From the NCBI GenBank assembly GCA_051117635.1, contig JBNPEH010000021.1, forward strand, positions 21,673 to 85,672: 64,000 bases of DNA, read 5' to 3'. This DNA comes from Opitutales bacterium (lineage in GTDB: Bacteria; Verrucomicrobiota; Verrucomicrobiia; Opitutales; JABSRG01). The notes below the pieces were generated by a model. That model had not been told where the DNA came from. It saw only the letters and a program-made list of their open reading frames with translations, and made no database searches. Positions 56,569 through 64,000 of this stretch are shown piece after piece (position 1 is the stretch's first letter; the number at the start of each line of letters is the position of its first letter). Position numbers and translations under genes: made by a program.

Positions 56569-59500
56569 ATGGCCCAGATTATCCCTTCGCCGCTCTACCG
56601 GACCGAAGACGAGCACGACGCCTGCGGTGTCGGCTTCATCGCCAACATGCACGGTCGTGCCAGCTATGACATCCTTGATCGCGCCATCGTCGGCCTGAAA
56701 AACCTCGCCCATCGCGGGGCCATCGACGCCGATGCCGTCACCGGCGACGGCGCCGGGGTGCTCACCCAGATCCCCAAGCCCTTTTTCGAAAAGGTGCTGG
56801 ACGGTATGAAGGTCGAGCTGAGCGAGGGCGAGGGCTTCGGCGTGGGCATGATTTTTCTGTGCCGCAACGACAAGGCTGCTCGCGACGCCGGCAAGGCCAT
56901 TTTTGAAAAGGCGGTCGAAGCCGAGGGCTTTGATTTCCTGGGCTGGCGCAAGGTGCCGGTTGATACCGGGTGCCTCGGTCAGAAAGCCGAACTGACCCGG
57001 CCCTTCATTGTACAGGCGCTCATCCGCCGACCGGCCGACATTAATGAGAGCGATTTCGAGCGGAAGCTGCTCCTTATCCAGAAAACCGCCGACCGCACCG
57101 CCCGCGCCGAGGCCGTTTCCGACTTCTACATCGTCAGTCTGAGTTGCCGGACCGTCACCTATAAAGGGCTCCTCAACGCCCCGCAGGTCCGCCGCTTCTT
57201 CGTCGATCTCAAGTCGCCCCTTTTCCAGACAGCCTACGCCATCTTCCACCAGCGGTTCGCTACAAACACCTTCCCGGACTGGAACAAGGCGCAGCCTTAC
57301 CGGATGCTCGCCCACAACGGCGAAATCAATACCATCCGCGGCAACCGGAAAAACATGGCCGCCCGCCAGTTTTCGGACGAGCACGGCGTCTGGGGCGACC
57401 GGTTCAAAGACCTGCAGCCCATGGTGCAGCCCGACATGTCGGACTCCGCCAGCTTCGACAACGCGCTGCAACTCACGACGGTCGGCGGTCGCCACTGCAT
57501 TCATGGCGTGTCCATTATGATGCCCTCGGCCTGGGAAAACAACCCGGGCCTGTCGCCCGAAGTACGCGATTTTTACAAGTATCACGCCGTCATGATGGAG
57601 CCGTGGGACGGTCCCGCCGCCATCGTGTTCACCGACGGCCGGTTCATTGCCGCCGCCCTCGACCGCAACGGCCTGCGGCCCGCCCGCTACAAGGTGTACG
57701 ACGACGGGACGGTCATCCTCGCTTCCGAAATCGGCCTCATTCCCGGCTGGGGAGCCAGGACCGTGGAGGCCAACCGGCTCGGGCCCGGCCGCATGCTGGC
57801 CGTCGACCTGCAGGAATCGCGGCTGCTCCGCGATGAGGAAATCAGGCGGTTTTGCGCTTCGCAGGGTGACTACAGCGACTGGTGCCGGCGCTGTATCCAT
57901 AATATTCATACACTGGCGGGCGACGATGCCGCCTGGGACGCTCCGACTTCCCGGGAAAAGGACCTGCTCCCGCTTCGGGTGGCCAACGGCATCGACGTCG
58001 AGGAGGAGAAACTGATCCTCCTGCCGATGATCGAGAACGGGAAGGAGGGCCTCGGCAGCATGGGCGACGACACGCCGCTGGCGGTCATGTCGCGCAAGCC
58101 GCGCCTCCTCTATACCTATTTCAAGCAGCTCTTCGCCCAGGTCACCAATCCGGCCATCGACTCGCTTCGCGAGCGCATGGTCATGTCGCTTAAAATGCAC
58201 CTGGGCGGGCGCCTCGGGCTCTTCGACGACATGGTGAAGGACCATGCCTTTCTGGCGCTCGATACACCCGTCCTCTTCGACCACGAGTACGACCGGATTT
58301 TCACGGCCGATTTCCTCAAAGGTACCGTCTTCAAGCTCAGCCTGAACTGGGAAGTGGCCTCCGGTCCCGAGGGGATGGAGCCCGCGCTGAAACGGTTGCG
58401 GGCCGAAGCCCGCAAGGCCGTCGAAGACAAGGGAGCCCGCGTTCTTATCCTGTCCGACCGCGGTGTCGGGCCGAAGGAAGCGGCCATCCCCACGCTGCTC
58501 GGCGTGGCTGCGGTGCACAGTGAGTTGGTGCAGGCCGGCAAGCGGATGCAGTGCGATATCGTGGCCGAATCGGCCGAAGTGCGCGACGTTCATCAGATGG
58601 CCTGTGTCCTCGGTTTCGGGGCCAACGCCATTTATCCGTATTTCGCTTTCGACGTGATTCGCTCCCTCGTCCGGGAGGGCAAGGCGCAGGAAGGCCTGTC
58701 CCCGGAGGAGGCAATCCGCAACTACCGCACAGCCATCGACAACGGCATCCTCAAGATCATGTCGAAAATGGGTATCAGTACGCTCTTCAGCTATCAGGGC
58801 GCCGCCATTTTCGAGGCGCTGGGTGTCAGCAAGAAGGTGGTCGACGACTGTTTTACCAACACCGCCTGCCCCATCGGCGGTATCGGCTACGAGCACATCG
58901 CGACCGAGACCCTGACCCGCCACGCCGAGGCTTTCGCCTCCCAGGAAGAGCTCGCCCTCGACTCAATGGGCTACTTCGCCGTCAAGAAAGGCGGAGAAGG
59001 TGAATTCCATGGCTGGAACCCCAAGGTCGTTTCCGGGATGAACCTGTTCAACCGCAAGGGCGGCGAGTTCAGCCAGTTCAAGACTTTCCGGGATGCCAGC
59101 GATTTCCATCAGCCGACCACCATCAAGGACCTGCTCAAGTTCCGCTATCCCAGGGATAAGGCGGTCCCGCTCGACGAGGTGGAGGGCATCGAGGACATCC
59201 GGCGCCGGTTCACCACCGCCGGCATGTCGCTGGGAGCGCTCTCGCCGGAGATGCACGAGTGCCTCGCCGTCGCCATGAACCGGATCGGCGGCAAGTCCAA
59301 CTCCGGTGAAGGGGGCGAAGACCCGCGTCGTTTCCATCCCGATGAAAACGGTGACAGCGCCAACAGCGCCATCAAGCAGGTTGCCAGCGGTCGATTCGGC
59401 GTATCGGCGGAATACCTCAGCAATGCCCGCGAAATCGAGATCAAGATCGCCCAGGGCGCCAAGCCCGGTGAGGGTGGCCAGCTCATGGGCTGGAAGGTCA

Positions 59501-61113
59501 GCCCGCTCATCGCGCGGCTGCGATTCAGTGTGCCCGGGGTCACGCTGATTTCGCCTCCCCCGCACCACGATATTTACTCCATCGAAGACCTGGCCCAGCT
59601 CATCTTCGACCTGAAGGAGGTCAATCCGCGCGCGAAGGTCTGCGTCAAGCTCGTCTCCAGCTCGGGGGTCGGCACCATCGCCGCGGGGGTCGCCAAGGCC
59701 TACGCCGACGTTATCCTGATTTCCGGCCATGACGGCGGGACCGGCGCCTCGCCCCTCTCCTCCATCAAGAATGCCGGCTCCGCCTGGGAAATCGGTCTCG
59801 CCGAAGCCCACCAGGTGCTGATGATGAACGGCCTCCGCAGCCGGGTTGTTCTTCGCACGGACGGCGGCATGAAGACGGGGCGCGATATCGTGCTGGCCGC
59901 TATTCTGGGTGCCGAGGAATACAACTTCGGCACGGCTGCACTGATTGCCGGCGGCTGCGCGATGTTCCGTGTCTGTCACCTGAACAGCTGTCCGGTGGGG
60001 GTCGCCACCCAGCGCGAGGACCTGCGGGCCAAGTTCAAGGGCAAGCCGGAGTACATCATCAACTTTTTCAACGCGGTCGCCAATGACGTGCGTATCATCA
60101 TGGCGAAACTCGGCCTGCGCACGATTGATCAACTGGTCGGTCGGACCGATCTGCTCGAGCAACTCGACGATCCGGCCAATCCCAAAACCAAGACGATCTC
60201 CTTTGCCGGGATTCTCCACAACCCGGATCCAAGCGGCGAGCTGGACCGCATCCACACCCGCGAACGAAACGACCGCTTCGGCAACGAGGGCTCGCTCGAC
60301 GACCAGATCCTGCAGGAGGCCAAGGAGACGCTCACGCACCGCAAACCCATCTTCAACGGCACCTACAAGATCACCAATGTGAACCGCAACGTCGGCACCA
60401 GGATGTCCGGCGAGGTCGCCTACATGCACGGTAATCAGGGCCTCCAACCCGGCACGGTAAACCTTACCTTCAAGGGAAGCGCCGGCCAGAGCTTCGGCAC
60501 GTTCCTTGTTCAGGGCATCCGGCTCCAGCTCTTCGGCGAGGCCAACGACTATGTCGGCAAGGGCATGAACGGCGGCGAAATCGTCATCCGGCCCCGCGAA
60601 AACGAGTCCTTCGCCTGGCACGAAAACATCATCATGGGCAATACCTGCCTCTACGGCGCGACCGGCGGCTACCTCTTCGGCGCCGGGGGCGCCGGCGAAC
60701 GATTCGCCGTCCGCAACTCCGGAGCCACCACGGTCGTCGAAGGCGTCGGCGAACATGCCTGCGAATACATGACACGGGGCACGGTCGTCGTACTCGGGCC
60801 GACCGGGCGCAACTTTGGCGCCGGTATGTCCGGCGGCCTTGCCTTCGTCTGGGATCCGGATGAAACGCTCGAGACCAACCTCAATCCGGAGATGGTTTTC
60901 CTGGAGCGACTCGACAACAACAGCGAGATTGAAGCCCTTTTCAGGATCGTCCAGCTGCACGCCCGGCTCACCACCAGTCCGCACGCCCAGCGGCTGCTGG
61001 ATAACTGGGACAACACCCTTCGCCAGTTCTGGCGCGTCGCTCCCCACACCGCCCCGGATGTACCCAAGCCCGTTTTCAATCTGAACGAGGAAATCGAGTC
61101 CATCCTCGTCTGA
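56569..61113 (+). CDS. gltB: glutamate synthase large subunit
   Basis: 1514 aa. N-terminal Ntn 'DACGVGFIANMHG', the FMN/Fe-S domain 'ISPPPHHDIYSIEDL' and the C-terminal GXGXG domain are present. Confidence 0.95.
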   Translation: MAQIIPSPLYRTEDEHDACGVGFIANMHGRASYDILDRAIVGLKNLAHRGAIDADAVTGDGAGVLTQIPKPFFEKVLDGMKVELSEGEGFGVGMIFLCRNDKAARDAGKAIFEKAVEAEGFDFLGWRKVPVDTGCLGQKAELTRPFIVQALIRRPADINESDFERKLLLIQKTADRTARAEAVSDFYIVSLSCRTVTYKGLLNAPQVRRFFVDLKSPLFQTAYAIFHQRFATNTFPDWNKAQPYRMLAHNGEINTIRGNRKNMAARQFSDEHGVWGDRFKDLQPMVQPDMSDSASFDNALQLTTVGGRHCIHGVSIMMPSAWENNPGLSPEVRDFYKYHAVMMEPWDGPAAIVFTDGRFIAAALDRNGLRPARYKVYDDGTVILASEIGLIPGWGARTVEANRLGPGRMLAVDLQESRLLRDEEIRRFCASQGDYSDWCRRCIHNIHTLAGDDAAWDAPTSREKDLLPLRVANGIDVEEEKLILLPMIENGKEGLGSMGDDTPLAVMSRKPRLLYTYFKQLFAQVTNPAIDSLRERMVMSLKMHLGGRLGLFDDMVKDHAFLALDTPVLFDHEYDRIFTADFLKGTVFKLSLNWEVASGPEGMEPALKRLRAEARKAVEDKGARVLILSDRGVGPKEAAIPTLLGVAAVHSELVQAGKRMQCDIVAESAEVRDVHQMACVLGFGANAIYPYFAFDVIRSLVREGKAQEGLSPEEAIRNYRTAIDNGILKIMSKMGISTLFSYQGAAIFEALGVSKKVVDDCFTNTACPIGGIGYEHIATETLTRHAEAFASQEELALDSMGYFAVKKGGEGEFHGWNPKVVSGMNLFNRKGGEFSQFKTFRDASDFHQPTTIKDLLKFRYPRDKAVPLDEVEGIEDIRRRFTTAGMSLGALSPEMHECLAVAMNRIGGKSNSGEGGEDPRRFHPDENGDSANSAIKQVASGRFGVSAEYLSNAREIEIKIAQGAKPGEGGQLMGWKVSPLIARLRFSVPGVTLISPPPHHDIYSIEDLAQLIFDLKEVNPRAKVCVKLVSSSGVGTIAAGVAKAYADVILISGHDGGTGASPLSSIKNAGSAWEIGLAEAHQVLMMNGLRSRVVLRTDGGMKTGRDIVLAAILGAEEYNFGTAALIAGGCAMFRVCHLNSCPVGVATQREDLRAKFKGKPEYIINFFNAVANDVRIIMAKLGLRTIDQLVGRTDLLEQLDDPANPKTKTISFAGILHNPDPSGELDRIHTRERNDRFGNEGSLDDQILQEAKETLTHRKPIFNGTYKITNVNRNVGTRMSGEVAYMHGNQGLQPGTVNLTFKGSAGQSFGTFLVQGIRLQLFGEANDYVGKGMNGGEIVIRPRENESFAWHENIIMGNTCLYGATGGYLFGAGGAGERFAVRNSGATTVVEGVGEHACEYMTRGTVVVLGPTGRNFGAGMSGGLAFVWDPDETLETNLNPEMVFLERLDNNSEIEALFRIVQLHARLTTSPHAQRLLDNWDNTLRQFWRVAPHTAPDVPKPVFNLNEEIESILV

Positions 61114-61121
61114 GCGAACCG

Positions 61122-63227
61122 GTGGTCGCTCGCATGTCCGGTCCGGTTTCGCCCGAACCCCGACCGCCGGGTCCGGAGCCCCGCCCCGTTTCCGTCGGAC
61201 TCCACGGTGACCGGCGCATCGATCCCTTTGCCTGGCTGCGCGACGATTCGCGCCGGAACCCGTCCGTCCGTGCGCACCTCGAGGCGGAGAATGCCTACGC
61301 CGCGGCCGCGCTTTCGCGGGCCGCCTCCATGGAAAAACCGCTCTACCGGGAACTGCTCAACCGTATCCAGGAAACGGATACCAGTGCACCCGTTCGGGAC
61401 GGAAACTGGGTCTACCAGGCGCGGACCGAGGCAGGGAAGGCCTATCCGGCCTATTGGCGCTGGCGGGCCAGTGCTTCGCCGGAGACGGCCACCTGCTTCT
61501 TCGACGGAAACCGGGAGGCGGCCGGACGCCCTTACTTCAGCCTGGGTTTGTTCGAGTTGTCCCCGGACGGCCGCTGGCTGGCCTGGGCGCTGGATGAAAC
61601 GGGCAGCGAGGACTATGTGCTGCGTATCCGGGATTTGGATACGGGCGAAGACCTGCCCGGAACGATCCCCGGCGTGGCGGAGTCCGCCTGTTGGCTTCCG
61701 GATGGTTCCGGGCTGTTTTACACTGAGCGGGATGAAGCCTGGCGCCCCTGGCGCGTCCGCCACCACACCTTCCTTCCCGGGAACCCGCTGAAGGCGGAGG
61801 GTGACCCTGTCCTGTTCGAGGAGATCGACGGCCGTTACTGGGTGTCCGTCGACCTGACCCAGGATCGGTGCTGGGTGCTGATTCACCTCGCCAGTTCCGA
61901 AACGGGGGAAGTCCACGGGCTGCCGGTCGATGCACCGGATACGGCCCTGCGCTGTCTCTGGTCTCGCCGAACCGGCGTCGAGGTCAGCCTGGACCACCAG
62001 GTGGACCGCTGGCTCGCGGTCACCAACCGGGACCACCCGGAGTTCGGCCTGTTGGCGGCCCCGGACAGCAGCGATGATCCGGGCTGGCAGGCGGTCTGGG
62101 AGCCGGCCGCCGGTGAAACGCTGGAGGACTGCCTGCCCCTGGCCGCCTATACGGTTTGTCAGGTGCGGGTAGACGGCCAGGTGCACCTGGATGTGCAGCC
62201 CCGGGGCGGCGACGCCTGGCGGCGGTATCGGGATCGCCCGGAACCGCATGCGCTTGCCCTGGGTGAAAATCCAGCCTTCGAGGTCGACCGGGTGCGCCTG
62301 ACAAGCAGTGACCCGGTGACGCCACCCGTCGACGCCGATCTCGAGCTGAACGGTTTTGGACGGACGGTGATCAAGGCTCATCCCGTCCCGCCCGGTCACG
62401 ATCCGGCTGCTTATCGAGTGGAACGGCTAACCGTCCGATCCGCCGACGGGACCCCGGTCCCCGTGACGCTTGTCAGCCCCGCCCGTTCCTCCGGATCGGC
62501 TCCGTTGTACCTGTACGGCTACGGGGCCTACGGGGCTACCCTGGACCCCGACTTCAATCCGCATTGGCTGACCTTCCTGGAGCGGGGCTGGCGTTGCGCC
62601 ATCGCCCATGTTCGAGGAGGTGCCTTCCTGGGCCATGCCTGGTATCAGGCCGGCAAATACGCCGGCAAGCGTCGGTCGATTGAGGACTTTGTCGCGGTTG
62701 CCCGGGGTTTGGTCGCCGCCGGCTTGACCACGACCGGGCGAATCGTCCTCCACGGCGCCAGTGCCGGCGGATTCCTGCTCGGCGCCGCCTTGAATGCAGC
62801 CCCCGACTGTTGTGCCGCAGCGGTGCTCGACGTGCCCTTCGTGGATGTGCTCAACACCATGCTGGATCCGACTCTGCCCCTGACCGAGGGCGAGTACGAG
62901 GAATGGGGTGACCCCCGTGAGCCGGAAGCCTACGCCTGGATCCGGGACCTCGCGCCCTATGAAAACCTGCCTGAGGGCGTGCGGTTTCCCCGGGTGCTGG
63001 CGACCGCCGGCCTGCACGATTCCCGCGTCGGCTACTGGGAGGCCGCCAAGTGGGTGGCACGCGCCCGAACCCGGGTGGTCAACCCGGCGGACCTGTTCCT
63101 GCGGTTGGAAACCGCCGCCGGCCATTTCGGCGAAAGCGGCCGCTATGCCCGCCTGCGCCAGCGCGCCCGCACCTATGCCTTTCTCCTCGATGCGCTGGAG
63201 GCTCACCACCGATCAGAGAGTGGCTGA
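61122..63227 (+). CDS. ptrB: oligopeptidase B (S9A prolyl-oligopeptidase family)
   Basis: 'HGDRRIDPFAWLRD', nucleophile 'HGASAGGFLLG', 'GLHDSRVGYWEAAKW' and 'AGHFGESGRY' are present, and the protein looks collinear with E. coli PtrB. Start is GTG 61122 or ATG 61134. Confidence 0.9.
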   Translation: MVARMSGPVSPEPRPPGPEPRPVSVGLHGDRRIDPFAWLRDDSRRNPSVRAHLEAENAYAAAALSRAASMEKPLYRELLNRIQETDTSAPVRDGNWVYQARTEAGKAYPAYWRWRASASPETATCFFDGNREAAGRPYFSLGLFELSPDGRWLAWALDETGSEDYVLRIRDLDTGEDLPGTIPGVAESACWLPDGSGLFYTERDEAWRPWRVRHHTFLPGNPLKAEGDPVLFEEIDGRYWVSVDLTQDRCWVLIHLASSETGEVHGLPVDAPDTALRCLWSRRTGVEVSLDHQVDRWLAVTNRDHPEFGLLAAPDSSDDPGWQAVWEPAAGETLEDCLPLAAYTVCQVRVDGQVHLDVQPRGGDAWRRYRDRPEPHALALGENPAFEVDRVRLTSSDPVTPPVDADLELNGFGRTVIKAHPVPPGHDPAAYRVERLTVRSADGTPVPVTLVSPARSSGSAPLYLYGYGAYGATLDPDFNPHWLTFLERGWRCAIAHVRGGAFLGHAWYQAGKYAGKRRSIEDFVAVARGLVAAGLTTTGRIVLHGASAGGFLLGAALNAAPDCCAAAVLDVPFVDVLNTMLDPTLPLTEGEYEEWGDPREPEAYAWIRDLAPYENLPEGVRFPRVLATAGLHDSRVGYWEAAKWVARARTRVVNPADLFLRLETAAGHFGESGRYARLRQRARTYAFLLDALEAHHRSESG

Positions 63228-63403
63228 TGGCCTTTCCTTCATTCGAATGAGCGGCGAAGCGGATAGGGCCGGCGCTTGCGCCGTGCCGACGAGCCTGCAG
63301 GCGTTCGGTGGTTATCGGGTTGCGCGGTGACCTGCCGCGAGCGACAGCCCTGCAGGAAGAATGAATGACCGCCCGTTTCCCCGATTCTGGTGAGCCATGC
63401 GGG

Positions 63404-64000
63404 TCAGGCCTCGTCCTCAAACAGATTGTCCTGTTCGGGGATGGAATCACCCGTATAGGGCGGCTGATCGCGGTCGCGCTTGTGCAGGTGGCGCGGTGGC
63501 TTGCGGACCTTGCGGGCGAGCGCGGCATCCTGATTCTCGATGATGCTTTCACCGATCTGGCGCACATGGAGCTGCAGCCAGCGGGCGGTCGGGCTGCCCG
63601 GCCGGTAGTCGGCCGGCCCGAAGTTGTCGATCCGTCCCACGGCGCGCAGCATGTCGTTCTGGGCAAATTCGTCTTCGTTGTCCGGATTGTAAACCGCGTA
63701 GGTCCGGCCGCCGCCCTTGCGGACCACGGAGAAGGCCGGCACGTCGCTGGGACCGTCCGCAATGTAGATCATGCGATCCATCGGGACGCGTCGGTCCTCG
63801 TAGCTCATGGCCGCGTTGACATCGATGTCCGGGTTCTTGTTGGTGCCCTTGTTGATCTCGAAGATGAACCGGGTCTTGATCGTGTTGTCCACGATGATCC
63901 CGATCTGCGAGATCTCCGGATCCATCGGGAGTGATAACTCGGTCTGGCTCAGGAAATGAGGCGGCAGCGGGTTTTCGATGAACTCACACCCGAAAATCCC
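63404..64000 (-). CDS. HAD-like hydrolase-fold protein, 5' end off-window
   Basis: My hand translation shows the frame stays open from 63925 to the window edge. '[13 protein letters not shown]' resembles HAD motif IV. The function is unknown. Confidence 0.4.
   Translation of the reverse strand, partial: GIFGCEFIENPLPPHFLSQTELSLPMDPEISQIGIIVDNTIKTRFIFEINKGTNKNPDIDVNAAMSYEDRRVPMDRMIYIADGPSDVPAFSVVRKGGGRTYAVYNPDNEDEFAQNDMLRAVGRIDNFGPADYRPGSPTARWLQLHVRQIGESIIENQDAALARKVRKPPRHLHKRDRDQPPYTGDSIPEQDNLFEDEA

Noticed and set aside
56509-62399. Minus-strand ORFs of 804, 694 and 576 aa
   Set aside because: They are antisense to gltB and ptrB, both of which look collinear with well-known enzymes along their full length.

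Overview
High-GC bacterial chromosome segment; most 60-nt lines I hand-counted are about 60-80% G+C. A PEP-CTERM protein, a sulfatase, a TonB-dependent receptor and dense short-period intergenic repeats suggest a PVC-group (Verrucomicrobia-like) host, but that is inference only. All family calls rest on motif recognition by eye; no searches were run.

Layout:
- 2-13411 (+): 14 co-directional, often translationally coupled glycan-biosynthesis genes. They comprise a sugar-modification block, a DUF115-like transferase, GT2, GT8, a Wzy-like polymerase, two GT4, two sulfotransferases and a WecA-like initiating transferase. A strongly AT-rich island (~3420-11400) is embedded in this cluster.
- 13253-17991: a convergent O-antigen-ligase-like gene with an AT-rich central patch. 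It is followed by three copies of a ~340-410 bp hairpin-dense element with inverted termini, which bracket a DUF2442 gene/DUF4160 remnant and another GT4 gene.
- 17988-20980 (-): two creatininase-fold paralogues (the second has degenerate motifs and a repeat-derived insertion) and a PEP-CTERM protein.
- 21341-36049 (-): complete nuoA-N operon with fused nuoCD.
- 36454-42804: TonB-dependent receptor, sulfatase, DoxX, def.
- 42920-46160 (+): an ExbB/MotA-like membrane protein followed by a protein with an ExbD-like transmembrane helix, a long coiled coil and a beta-rich domain. This is my best candidate for an undescribed system.
- 46552-64000: an unknown membrane protein, a GntR-HTH::PurM fusion, a TonB_C protein, a PPIase, PPK2, ThrH, a methyltransferase with an adjacent membrane protein, DUF3179, a glutaredoxin-like protein, gltB, ptrB and a partial HAD-like gene.

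I recognised no rRNA, tRNA, CRISPR array, transposase or integrase.
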